Below are positions 27,039 to 35,862 of a stretch of 64,000 nt of DNA, in pieces (positions within the stretch are counted from its first letter, which is position 1; every line of letters begins with the position of its first letter). Under the pieces are notes generated by a model, which saw only the letters and a program-made list of their open reading frames with translations, was not told where the DNA came from and ran no database searches. The stretch is from the NCBI GenBank assembly GCA_018712435.1, contig DVGZ01000052.1:17504-81503 (forward strand), given 5' to 3'. The translations under genes and the position numbers were made by a program. The stretch is from Candidatus Caccousia avicola. Lineage in GTDB: Bacteria; Bacillota; Clostridia; Oscillospirales; Acutalibacteraceae.

Positions 27039-27935
27039 GTGAAAGCATCCAAATCAACCCGCATAAAGCGCGGCATTACCGCGTTCGACGTCATACTGAT
27101 TATCATTCTCGGCCTGATGAGCCTGATCACCATTTATCCGTTCTACTACGTCCTGATTGTGTCCTTCTCCAACGTCAATTCCTTCGGAAACCACGTTCCC
27201 TATCTGCTTCCGTATGTGATTGATTTCGAAGGCTACCAGGTGATTTTCGCGGATTTTTCCTTCCTGCAAGCCTTCTTTAACTCCGTTTTCGTCACCGTGG
27301 TCGGTTCCCTGCTCAACATGCTGCTGTCCATCTGCGGCGCTTACGCGCTTTCTAAAAAACGTCTGGTGGGCCGCGGGGTCTTCCTCTCCCTCATCCTTTT
27401 CACCATGCTGTTCAGCGGTGGTCTGATCCCCTACTACCTGGTAGTCAGCGGAATGGGCCTGACCAACTCCGTCTGGTCCATGATTCTTCCGACCGCCATC
27501 AATACCTTCTACCTGATCATCATGAAGAATTACTTCATCTCCCTGCCCCCCAGCCTGGAGGAAGCGGCGAAGATTGACGGAGCGCACGATCTGACCATCC
27601 TGTTCCGCGTTATCCTCCCCATTTCGATGCCGTTTATCGCCACCTTCTTCCTCTTCTACGCCGTGGAGCGCTGGAACGAGTGGTGGAACGCGCTTCTGTT
27701 CATCAACGAAAAGGCAAAACAGCCCCTCCAGATCTACATGCGCGAGCTTCTCGTCAGCTTCAACAGCACGCTGGCTCAGCAGGCAATCTCCGTGATTTCC
27801 CAGAACCAGAAAGCAAACTTCCAGTCCATCCAGATGGCTACCATCGTGGTATCCACCGTTCCGATCCTGTGCGTGTATCCCTTCATCCAGAAGCACTTTG
27901 TCAAAGGTGTGATGGTCGGCTCCGTTAAGGAGTAA
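27039..27935 (+). CDS. Carbohydrate ABC transporter permease, LplC/YesQ-like (298 aa)
   Basis: EAA loop EAAKIDGAHDLTILFRVILP. RBS AAGGGGAG. Confidence 0.9.
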   Translation: MKASKSTRIKRGITAFDVILIIILGLMSLITIYPFYYVLIVSFSNVNSFGNHVPYLLPYVIDFEGYQVIFADFSFLQAFFNSVFVTVVGSLLNMLLSICGAYALSKKRLVGRGVFLSLILFTMLFSGGLIPYYLVVSGMGLTNSVWSMILPTAINTFYLIIMKNYFISLPPSLEEAAKIDGAHDLTILFRVILPISMPFIATFFLFYAVERWNEWWNALLFINEKAKQPLQIYMRELLVSFNSTLAQQAISVISQNQKANFQSIQMATIVVSTVPILCVYPFIQKHFVKGVMVGSVKE

Positions 27936-28019
27936 TCCTTCCTTAGTTCCCCGGCAGATTTGCTTTATGATACTTCCCGTTTCAGAAAAAGAAATCTTAT
28001 TTGCAAAGGAGAATTTGCT

Positions 28020-29615
28020 ATGAAAGTCAAAAGAGCAACCGCAGCGATCCTGTGCGCCCTCCTGGCCGCCTCCGCCTTCGGTGCATGCACCTCGCCCGCT
28101 CCCGCCTCCTCTGGTACTACCCCTGCTTCCGGCAGCACCTCTCAGGACGCCGGCGGATCCGGCGATACAGCTTCCGGTGAACCGACCGAAATCACCATCG
28201 CTTACTGGGATGTGGAAAAGGGTCTCTCCGGCGGCGAAAATGACAAGCTCCTGCAAAAGATCCAGGAGGATACCAACACCATCCTGAAGCCTCTGAACAT
28301 CACCTGGGACGACTACCGCCAGAAAATCCAGCTGTGGGCTTCCTCCAACCAGCTCCCCGACGTATTCGCAATCGACGTGATCGGCTCCTCCTTCTACTAC
28401 AACTGGACCGAGCAGGGCGTCGTGGCTCCGCTGCCCGAGGATCTCTCCGCTTATCCGGCTCTTGAAGAGTACATGTCTTCGCCCGATATTGAGGCTCTCC
28501 GCAAAGAGGACGGAAAGTTCTACACCATCCCCCGCACCACCTGGGCGGAAATCCGCCAGAGCGCAACCGAGCGCAAGATGTTCTACCGCTGGGATCTCGC
28601 GCAGGCGGCAGGCGTTACCAAGGAGCCTGAGACCTATGAAGAATTCCGCGACATGCTGCGCAAGATCATCGAAGCCGATCCGGAGGGCAAGTCCATCACC
28701 GGTATGACGGTTTCCATTCCCCAGCTGCTTGACAGCTTCTTCATGCCTTACGGCGTGCCGCTGGGCATGGGCGACGGCTCCGGCAGCGACTTCAAGTGGG
28801 TCGAAAAGGACGGCCAGTATATCCCCGCCTATTTTGCAGGCGACCTGAAATCCGTTTTCCAGCTTGCCCGCGACATGTATCAGGAGGGAACCATCGATCC
28901 CGATATCGCGCTGGCCAAGCAGCAGCTCTCCGAGGATAAGTTCCTCCAGGGCAGCGTGTCCGCCTACTACGCCAACCAGCAGTCCGACAACCTCGCCCAG
29001 AAATGGAACGAAGTCAATCCCGATAAGAAGTTTGAGGACTGCGTGAAGCTGGCCAAGCCCTTCCCGGGCCTTGACGGCAACACCACCTGCCCCGTCTTCA
29101 AGACCTACTGGTCCGAGTCCTACATTTCCGCACAGTCCGCCGACAAGATGGACGCTATCCTGAGACTGTACAACTACTATCTGGAAAACGACGAGATGGT
29201 GCGTTACGGCTTTGAGGGTGAGGATTGGAAGAAGGACGGCGACACCATCGTTCGTCTGAATTCCGACGTCAACAACACCTATCCCGTCACCAACATCGGC
29301 GGTCTGGTACAGTACGCCAACTGGTACAACCTCGAGCTGACCGGCGACGCGGAGCGCGACGTTTACCGTCAGATCGATATCGACTACTGGAACCTGATCG
29401 ACGAAACCTGCACGGTTCCGGAGTATGAGCCGAGCTACACCAACATTTCCACCCCCACCAAGAACGAATTCATCATCAAGCCCGCTGAGGATCTGCTCAC
29501 CATCATGACCGGCACGGAGTCTGTTGACAAGATGTATGACGATCTGATGGCTTCCTACGAGAGCGACGGTCTCTCCAAGATGATCGAAGAAGTGAACGCC
29601 AAGATTGCTGAATAA
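28020..29615 (+). CDS. Extracellular solute-binding lipoprotein, LplA-like (531 aa)
   Basis: Starts MKVKRATAAILCALLAASAFGAC (lipobox FGAC) after AAAGGAGA. Ser/Gly/Thr linker, then a large SBP domain. Confidence 0.9.
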   Translation: MKVKRATAAILCALLAASAFGACTSPAPASSGTTPASGSTSQDAGGSGDTASGEPTEITIAYWDVEKGLSGGENDKLLQKIQEDTNTILKPLNITWDDYRQKIQLWASSNQLPDVFAIDVIGSSFYYNWTEQGVVAPLPEDLSAYPALEEYMSSPDIEALRKEDGKFYTIPRTTWAEIRQSATERKMFYRWDLAQAAGVTKEPETYEEFRDMLRKIIEADPEGKSITGMTVSIPQLLDSFFMPYGVPLGMGDGSGSDFKWVEKDGQYIPAYFAGDLKSVFQLARDMYQEGTIDPDIALAKQQLSEDKFLQGSVSAYYANQQSDNLAQKWNEVNPDKKFEDCVKLAKPFPGLDGNTTCPVFKTYWSESYISAQSADKMDAILRLYNYYLENDEMVRYGFEGEDWKKDGDTIVRLNSDVNNTYPVTNIGGLVQYANWYNLELTGDAERDVYRQIDIDYWNLIDETCTVPEYEPSYTNISTPTKNEFIIKPAEDLLTIMTGTESVDKMYDDLMASYESDGLSKMIEEVNAKIAE

Positions 29616-29642
29616 GAACAAGCTGAAAGCATCCTCCTAAAG

Positions 29643-29675
29643 AACAGTGCGGGCCGGTTTCCAGTCCGCACTGTT
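29643..29675 (+). terminator. Terminator-like hairpin after the SBP gene
   Basis: 10-bp stem AACAGTGCGG/CCGCACTGTT, followed by a T-rich but interrupted tract. Probably only partial termination. Confidence 0.4.
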
Positions 29676-29728
29676 TCCCTTAACCATCTGTTTTCTTTCC
29701 TATTTTCTATTTTTGATGAGGTGTTGTT

Positions 29729-31339
29729 ATGAAAGGTTTCTGCACGGCACAGGAAGAGTGGCTTTTCCCGGATCAGGAGCTGAGCGAGCTGCCTGAAAGC
29801 ATGGAACTTCACATGGCGCAAAACGGCAAAGAGGCCCTTCGGCTGCTTCTCCCGCTGGAAAGCGGTTCGCTTTCCCTCTCGCTGGAAGGCGCGGACGAAT
29901 TTGACGCGGAATGGTTTGAAATGATCGACGTGGGCGTCGGGTACAACGAGACGGAAAAGGAAGAGCAGGACGGGATGTTCGTTATCACGGAAAAGGATTA
30001 CGAAAAGCCCGACTACTGCACCCGCAAGGCTCCCTTCCGCGTCTACGAAGCTTTGCGTCCCCTGCACAGCCTCAGCATGGAGCCGCGCGGCGGCCGCTGT
30101 GCCCTGTATCTCACCCTTTCCCCCAAGCCCGGCACGGCTCCCGGCACGCGGAAGCTGACGCTGCACGCCGGGGAATATTCCCTCGCCCTGACCGTGCGGG
30201 TCTACGGCGTGACGATCCCCGAGGAAACGCTGAACGTCACAAACTGGTTCAACCTGGACAACATTGCGCTGTTCCACGGCATCGAAATGAACACGCCCGC
30301 CTATTTTGACATGCTGCGCAAGTATGCCCGCGCCATGCGCCGCACCCGTCAGACGCATTTCTTTATCTCGTTCGATCCGAAAAAAGCGCTGGTTTCCAAA
30401 AATCCCTACCGCTTTGACTTCTCCTACCTCAAACCCATTATCGCGATCTTCTTTGAGGAAGGCTTCCGCACCATGGAGTTCGGCAACTTCGGAACGAAGC
30501 ACGACAACCTGTTCACCGACGAAATCAAATGCGCGGCGGATCCCTCCGTTCCGCTTTCCTCCGACGAGGGCTACTATCTGACGCTTGCCATGGCGCAGTC
30601 CCTGGCCTCCTTCCTGGGAGAAAACGGCTGGCGGGACAAGACCATCTTCCACATTTTCGACGAACCGGACGTCCATATCTCCTCACCCGAATCCATGGAA
30701 AAGCGCAAGCAGCAATACCTGCGCGTCGTCAGCATCCTGCGCCGGTACTTCCCCGGCTGCCGCACCATCGAGGCGGTCAAGACCACGCAGTTCAAGGGCG
30801 CGGTGGATATCTGGGTGCCGCTGACGGCCAATTACGAGGAGTTCCGCGAAGAGTATGACAAGATGTCCGCTCTCGGAGACGAGATCTGGTGCTATGTCTG
30901 CTGCGTTCCCACCGGCCGCTGGCTCAACCGTTTCCTGGACATTGATCTGCTCCGCTCCCGCCTGCTGTTCTGGGGATGCTCCCGTTTCGGTCTCAAGGGC
31001 TATCTGCACTGGGGCTTCAATTACTGGCCGCAGAAGGATTTCGATCCGTTTGAGGAATCCAACGCGCCGAACGAGCCGTTCAACGGCATCTATCCCGCGG
31101 GCGACGCTTACATCGTCTACCCGGGCGGCGAGGACGGGCCCTGGCTCGGCAACCGTCTGGAAGCGCAGAGACGCGGCGCGGAGGACTTCGAGCTGCTGGC
31201 TCTGCTGAAGGAGAAGAATCCGGACGCTTACGAAAAGGTCATGCAGAAAACCTTCCGCACCAACACCGATTACGAGCTTTCCGCAGAGCACTTTGAGGAA
31301 ACGCGCCGCGAAATCCTTGCCCTCCTGGAAGCTTGCTGA
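29729..31339 (+). CDS. DUF4091-containing protein, GH123 (beta-N-acetylgalactosaminidase)-like, cytoplasmic (536 aa)
   Basis: C-terminal region YLHWGFNYWP...GDAYIVYPGGEDGPWLGNRLEAQRRGAEDFELL resembles the DUF4091/GH123 consensus as I recall it. No signal peptide. Confidence 0.65.
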   Translation: MKGFCTAQEEWLFPDQELSELPESMELHMAQNGKEALRLLLPLESGSLSLSLEGADEFDAEWFEMIDVGVGYNETEKEEQDGMFVITEKDYEKPDYCTRKAPFRVYEALRPLHSLSMEPRGGRCALYLTLSPKPGTAPGTRKLTLHAGEYSLALTVRVYGVTIPEETLNVTNWFNLDNIALFHGIEMNTPAYFDMLRKYARAMRRTRQTHFFISFDPKKALVSKNPYRFDFSYLKPIIAIFFEEGFRTMEFGNFGTKHDNLFTDEIKCAADPSVPLSSDEGYYLTLAMAQSLASFLGENGWRDKTIFHIFDEPDVHISSPESMEKRKQQYLRVVSILRRYFPGCRTIEAVKTTQFKGAVDIWVPLTANYEEFREEYDKMSALGDEIWCYVCCVPTGRWLNRFLDIDLLRSRLLFWGCSRFGLKGYLHWGFNYWPQKDFDPFEESNAPNEPFNGIYPAGDAYIVYPGGEDGPWLGNRLEAQRRGAEDFELLALLKEKNPDAYEKVMQKTFRTNTDYELSAEHFEETRREILALLEAC

Positions 31340-31378
31340 CCATTTTCCAAACTCTTTCCACACAAACCTCCCAGCTGA

Positions 31379-31429
31379 AAAAATCCCCCGCGCCCACCGG
31401 AGCCATGTCCGGCGGCACGGGGGATTTTT
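31379..31429. terminator. Bidirectional terminator between the DUF4091 gene and gatB
   Basis: 12-bp stem AAAAATCCCCCG/CGGGGGATTTTT. The A/T runs make it usable on both strands. Confidence 0.7.
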
Positions 31430-32844
31430 CATGTTGTTTCCAGCAAATGCAAAAGGATTTCACGGGATAATTCCGGATCCGCACGTCCCTGCGTGCGGCG
31501 CATCATCTGGCCGATCAGAGCCTGGAGCGCCGCCGTCTTGCCCGCGCGGTAATCCTGCGCCATGCGGGCGCAGCCGCCGATCACCCCGCGCGCCAATTCA
31601 TCCAGCGCGGCGCGGTCGGTGATTTTTCCGAGTCCCAGACGCTTTGCCAGCTCCACGGGATCCGCATCCTCCTGCCAGAGACGTTCCAGTAGCTCCTTCG
31701 CGGCCGCGTTCCCGACGGCTCCGCTTCCCAGCAGATCCGCAAGGGCGGCCAGGTGGTCACAGGAAACCGGGATCCGCCCCGTTTCCAGACGGGCCGGATC
31801 GGCGGCGAGCAGCACCGCAAGCTGCTTCGGATATTTCGTCCGTCCGGCAGCCTTCTCAAAGCTGTCCGCCGCCTCCCTGGATGTGGTGAGGGCTTCCGCC
31901 GTCTCGCGGGCCAGCCCCCAGCGCTCCTGCCAGCGCTCCCGGCGGGAGGAAGGCGGCTCGGGCAGCTCGCTTCTCCACCGCTCCACCGTCTCCTCTGTGA
32001 GCACAATGGGCGGCAGATCCGGCTCCGGGAAAAAGCGGTAATCCGACTGGCTTTCCTTGCGGCGCATGGAGAACGTGGTGCCCGTGCTCTCATCAAAGCC
32101 CCGCGTTTCCGGGAACAGCGCGCCGCCCGCGTCCAGCACGGCGGCCTGCCGCTCCGCTTCGTATGCAATTGCCTTGGCCGCAAACTGGAAGCTGTTGAGA
32201 TTTTTGATCTCCGCCCGCTCGCCCAGGTGCTTTTCCCCGACAGGCCGGATGGAAAGGTTCACGTCACAGCGCAGCGATCCCTCGTTCATGCGGCAGTCGG
32301 AAATACCCGCAAAGCGGATGCGCTCCCGCAGCTCCCGCAGATACGCCGTCACCTCCTCCGGACCGCGAAAATCCGGCATGGTCACGATCTCAATCAGCGG
32401 TACGCCGCAGCGGTTCAAATCCAGCAGCGTCCCGTTTTCGGTGTGCAGCAGCTTCCCCGCGTCCTCCTCGAGATGGATCCGCTCGATGCGGATTCGCTTC
32501 GTCCCTTCCCCGCTGGGGATTTCCAGCCATCCGCCGGTGCACAGCGGGCGGTCATACTGGGAAATCTGATACGCCTTGGGGAGATCGGGATAATAATAAT
32601 TCTTTCGATCCATCTTCGACCAGAGGGAAACGCGGCAATGCAGCAGAAGCCCCGCTTTCACCGCAAGCTCCACCGCTTTCGCGTTCAGGACGGGAAGCGC
32701 TCCCGGCATTCCGGTGCAGACGGGACAGCAGTGTGTGTTCGGTTCATCCCCGTACACGGCGGCGCAGGAACAGAAAGCCTTTGTCTCCGTTTTCAGTTCG
32801 ATATGGGTTTCCAGACCGATCACGGTTTCATAGCGCGTGTTCAT
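31429..32844 (-). CDS. gatB: Asp-tRNA(Asn)/Glu-tRNA(Gln) amidotransferase subunit B
   Basis: Starts MNTRYETVIGLETHIELKT. Its ATG overlaps the gatA stop (ATGA). The 68-codon N-terminal extension in the tracked ORF is rejected. Confidence 0.95.
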   Translation of the reverse strand: MNTRYETVIGLETHIELKTETKAFCSCAAVYGDEPNTHCCPVCTGMPGALPVLNAKAVELAVKAGLLLHCRVSLWSKMDRKNYYYPDLPKAYQISQYDRPLCTGGWLEIPSGEGTKRIRIERIHLEEDAGKLLHTENGTLLDLNRCGVPLIEIVTMPDFRGPEEVTAYLRELRERIRFAGISDCRMNEGSLRCDVNLSIRPVGEKHLGERAEIKNLNSFQFAAKAIAYEAERQAAVLDAGGALFPETRGFDESTGTTFSMRRKESQSDYRFFPEPDLPPIVLTEETVERWRSELPEPPSSRRERWQERWGLARETAEALTTSREAADSFEKAAGRTKYPKQLAVLLAADPARLETGRIPVSCDHLAALADLLGSGAVGNAAAKELLERLWQEDADPVELAKRLGLGKITDRAALDELARGVIGGCARMAQDYRAGKTAALQALIGQMMRRTQGRADPELSREILLHLLETT

Positions 32845-34271
32845 GCTTTCCCCTCCTCCAGCGCATGGGCGGCGCGGAACAGCTCCTTTTCCCCGAACGC
32901 GCGTCCCACCAGCTGCACGCCCACGGGCAACCCCTGATCCATCCCAAATGGGACAGAAAGAGCGGGAAGGCCCGCGATACTGGCCGGAACCACAAAAAGA
33001 TCGCTGCGGTACATCGCGACCGGATCGCGCTTTTCCTCCCGCTTCCACGCCACCTCCGGCGAGGTGGGCAGCAGCAGGAAATCGTAATAGGAGAGCGCGG
33101 TGCGCAGAGAGGCCGAGGTTTTCCCCTTCAGCCGTCTCGCCTTTTCGTAGCAGGGGCCGTACTGCTCCTTGGTCAAAACAAAGGTGCCGAGCAGGATCCG
33201 GCGCTTGACCTCCCGGCCAAAGCCACGGCTGCGGCTCTCCCGGATCCGCTCCTGCCAGTCCGTCGCGTCCGTCGCGGAAAAACCGTAGCGAAGCCCGTCA
33301 AAGCGCGCCAGATTGGAGGACGCTTCGGCGGAGGAAAGAATGTGGTACGCCGGAAGCATATCCCGCAAAAACGGCAGGGACAGCTCGTCCACCCGCGCCC
33401 CCAGCGATTCCAGACGGGCGGCGGCGCGCAGAAGCTCCCGCCGCACACCCGGCGAGGATTCCTCCAAGCTCTCCCGCACCAGGGCCGCCCGCATCCCGCG
33501 CACGCCTTCCCCGATTCCCGTGAGGTAATCGTCCACGGGGACGCGGGAGCTTGTGGCATCGCGCGGATCAAAGCCCGCGACGGCTGAAAGCACCGCGGCG
33601 CAGTCCGGCACATCTCTCGTCACCAGGCCAACCTGATCCAGCGAAGGGGCAAAGCCGGTCAAGCCATACCGCGAGATCCGGCCATACGTCGGGCGCAGGC
33701 CGACCACACCGCACAGCGCGGCGGGCTGGCGCACGGAGCCGCCCGTGTCGCTTCCCAGAGCGAACACCGCTTCCCCCGCCGCGACCGCCGCCGCCGAGCC
33801 GCCGGAGCTTCCCCCCGGCACGCGGGAAACGTCAAGCGGATTGGCTGTGGGGCCGAAGGCCGACGTCCCCGTATCGCTTCCCATCGCAAATTCATCCATG
33901 TTCAGCTTACCGAGCAGCACGGCGCCCGCCTGGTGCAGCCGCTCCGCCGCGTCCGCGTCATACGGCGGGATGAAATTTTCGAGCATCCGCGACGCGCAGG
34001 TGGTGCGCACGCCCTTGGTGCAGATGTTGTCCTTGATCGCCATCGGGATTCCGGCCAATGGGGGAAGCTCCTCCCCCGCCGCCCGGCGCGCGTCAATCCG
34101 ATCGGCGGCGGCGAGGGCTTCGTCCCGCGTCACCGTCAAAAAGGCGTGCACCTCCGGCTCACAGGCTGTGATGCGCTCCAGGCAATCAAGCGCCGCCTCC
34201 CGCGCGGAGCATTCCCCGGCGCGCAGAGCGCGGGCCAGCGTCTGAACCGTCCACTTCTCCCCGTTACGCAT
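32841..34271 (-). CDS. gatA: Glu-tRNA(Gln) amidotransferase subunit A
   Basis: Amidase signature GGSSGGSAAAVA. Its start overlaps the gatC end by 8 nt. Confidence 0.95.
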   Translation of the reverse strand: MRNGEKWTVQTLARALRAGECSAREAALDCLERITACEPEVHAFLTVTRDEALAAADRIDARRAAGEELPPLAGIPMAIKDNICTKGVRTTCASRMLENFIPPYDADAAERLHQAGAVLLGKLNMDEFAMGSDTGTSAFGPTANPLDVSRVPGGSSGGSAAAVAAGEAVFALGSDTGGSVRQPAALCGVVGLRPTYGRISRYGLTGFAPSLDQVGLVTRDVPDCAAVLSAVAGFDPRDATSSRVPVDDYLTGIGEGVRGMRAALVRESLEESSPGVRRELLRAAARLESLGARVDELSLPFLRDMLPAYHILSSAEASSNLARFDGLRYGFSATDATDWQERIRESRSRGFGREVKRRILLGTFVLTKEQYGPCYEKARRLKGKTSASLRTALSYYDFLLLPTSPEVAWKREEKRDPVAMYRSDLFVVPASIAGLPALSVPFGMDQGLPVGVQLVGRAFGEKELFRAAHALEEGKA

Positions 34272-34542
34272 GCGCTTTCCCTCCCATTGCACGAGGAAGG
34301 GCAAAGCAGCCGTCCCGCATCGCCGGAGCATTTTGCAGCGTCTCCTCCTGCGTCAGCGAGGGAGAAGGAACATCCTCGCGCAGGAAGGGCAGATCCTCGG
34401 GATCGTGCGCCGTCCCCTCCGGCTCCTGCATCTGCGCGGCAAATTGCAGAATTTCCTCAAAATCGGCGCGCAGCTCCTCCGTCTCCTCCGGCGTCAGGCG
34501 CAGATTGGCCAGATTGGCAATCTCCGTGATTGAAAAATCCAT
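34264..34542 (-). CDS. gatC: Glu-tRNA(Gln) amidotransferase subunit C (92 aa)
   Basis: Starts MDFSITEIANLANLRLTPEE after GAGGAGAA. Lies immediately upstream of gatA. Confidence 0.9.
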   Translation of the reverse strand: MDFSITEIANLANLRLTPEETEELRADFEEILQFAAQMQEPEGTAHDPEDLPFLREDVPSPSLTQEETLQNAPAMRDGCFALPRAMGGKAHA

Positions 34543-34556
34543 AGTTTCTCCTCTTG

Positions 34557-35528
34557 TCAATATTCCTCGCCCGCGTCCAGCAGCGCGACCTCGTCCGCGC
34601 TCAGCGAACAATCCAGCGCCTCCGTCAGCTCAAGAAGCTGGCGCATACCGGAAACGGCCGCGATGGGAACAGCGGGAAAAGGCTTCCCGGCCATCCATAC
34701 CAGAACAAGGGCGGCAATCGAAACGCCGCGCGCTTCGGACAGCTGCCGCAGAGCGGCAAGACGGCGATCGTTGAGCGCACAGCGGTATTCCCGCAGAGCC
34801 CCGTCCCGCAAGGTTCCGGCGGCCGCCTTGGTGAAATACCCCTTGCCCATCGCGGAAAACGCCATGGTGCAGAGGGTATCGGGATGCTCCTTCAACAGAT
34901 CGTACAGCGGCTGATCCATGCAGACGAGCGTGCGATCCGCCAGCTTTTCATGATCGGCGCGCGCCAGGCTCCACTGGTTCTGCACGCCGCAGAAACCGTC
35001 ATACCCGTGCGCGGCGGCCGCTTCCGCCGCTTCCCGCACGCGCTCCGTCGTCCAGTTGGACACGCCGTAGGAGAGCAGCTTTCCCTCCCCGCGGAACTGT
35101 TCCAGCAAGCCCAGAAGCTCCTCCACCGGCAAAGTGGGATCGTCCCGGTGCAGCCAGTACAAATCCACATGATCCGTCCCCAGCGAGCGGAGACTGCTTT
35201 CCAGATCGTACCGCAGTTCCTTTTCGTGCAGGCGGCTGGCGGTCATCGCGTCAAAGGGCGGATGACCTCCCTTCGTGGAAATCACCAGGTGGTTCCTGTT
35301 CCCGTGCTGTTTGAGCCAGCGCCCCAAAATCTGCTCGCTGACATTTTCCCCGTGCGGCAGCCACCGGCCATAGCAGTTCGCGGTGTCGAGCAGATTTCCT
35401 CCGCGATCCGTGTAGACGTCCAGAAGCTCGCAGGCTTCCTTTTCTCCCAGGGAATCCCCAAACTGCGCCGTGCCGAGACTCACGGGGGAAACCGGAAGCG
35501 GCACACCGGGCAAACGCTTTTCCATCAT
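34557..35528 (-). CDS. Aldo/keto reductase (323 aa)
   Basis: AKR motifs (LDTANCYG, LISTKGG). ATGATG start after AAAGGAGAG. Ends 14 nt before gatC. Confidence 0.85.
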   Translation of the reverse strand: MMEKRLPGVPLPVSPVSLGTAQFGDSLGEKEACELLDVYTDRGGNLLDTANCYGRWLPHGENVSEQILGRWLKQHGNRNHLVISTKGGHPPFDAMTASRLHEKELRYDLESSLRSLGTDHVDLYWLHRDDPTLPVEELLGLLEQFRGEGKLLSYGVSNWTTERVREAAEAAAAHGYDGFCGVQNQWSLARADHEKLADRTLVCMDQPLYDLLKEHPDTLCTMAFSAMGKGYFTKAAAGTLRDGALREYRCALNDRRLAALRQLSEARGVSIAALVLVWMAGKPFPAVPIAAVSGMRQLLELTEALDCSLSADEVALLDAGEEY

Positions 35529-35584
35529 AGCCTTTCTCTCCTTTTCCTCACGGTCTGTTTCCACGAAATCGTTCCCGGACAAAA

Positions 35585-35619
35585 AATCCGAACCCCATGC
35601 GCTGCACAGGATTCGGATT
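35585..35619 (-). terminator. Weak terminator or processing hairpin downstream of the CAT tRNA
   Basis: 8-bp stem AATCCGAA/TTCGGATT with a 19-nt loop, followed on the minus strand by TTTTT. The large loop lowers confidence. Confidence 0.4.
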
Positions 35620-35628
35620 CATCTGGTT

Positions 35629-35705
35629 TGGTGGGCCATCAAGGACTCGAACCTTGGACCGACCGGTTATGAGCCGGCTGCTCTGACCAACTGAGCTAAT
35701 GGCCC
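35629..35705 (-). tRNA. tRNA with CAT anticodon (77 nt, encoded CCA): elongator type, probably tRNA-Ile2 (lysidine) but tRNA-Met not excluded
   Basis: Hand-folded: acceptor GGGCCAT/ATGGCCC, D arm GCTC-AGTTGGTCA-GAGC, anticodon stem GCCGG/CCGGT with loop CTCATAA, T arm CAAGG-TTCGAGT-CCTTG. Not initiator-like (position 1-72 is paired, no GGG/CCC anticodon stem). Confidence 0.9.
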
Positions 35706-35733
35706 GTGAAAAGCGAGACTCCAAAACAGAATT

Positions 35734-35762
35734 ATTTTACCATATCCCCCGCCATTTCGCAA
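35734..35762 (-). promoter_or_regulatory. Sigma-A-type promoter for the CAT tRNA (and possibly the AKR-gatCAB genes)
   Basis: Minus strand TTGCGA, 17 nt, TGgTAAAAT (extended -10), about 28 nt upstream of the tRNA 5' end. Confidence 0.55.
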
Positions 35763-35801
35763 GATCTATTTTTGCCCATCACCTGTTTCACACAGATATG
35801 G

Positions 35802-35831
35802 AAAAAGGAGCGGACGTTTTCCGCCCGCTCC
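35802..35831 (-). terminator. Intrinsic terminator after the AsrC-like gene
   Basis: Minus strand GGAGCGGGCG-gaaaa-CGTCCGCTCC (one mismatch), followed by TTTTT. Confidence 0.6.
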
Positions 35832-35862
35832 CCGTTTTCCGCACTTTTGCCTATGAAAGCTA

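Noticed and set aside
27054-29621. 855-aa ORF antisense to the second permease and the SBP gene
   Set aside because: It spans two sense genes and their intergenic spacer. The sense genes carry EAA-loop and lipobox signatures.
31429-33048. N-terminally extended GatB (539 aa), and similar extensions of gatA, gatC, rsmE, the sulfatase at 20827, cdr and the AsrC-like gene
   Set aside because: The extensions overlap the upstream gene or are Arg/Gly/Pro-rich low-complexity sequence. Conserved N-termini with good RBSs lie at internal ATGs.
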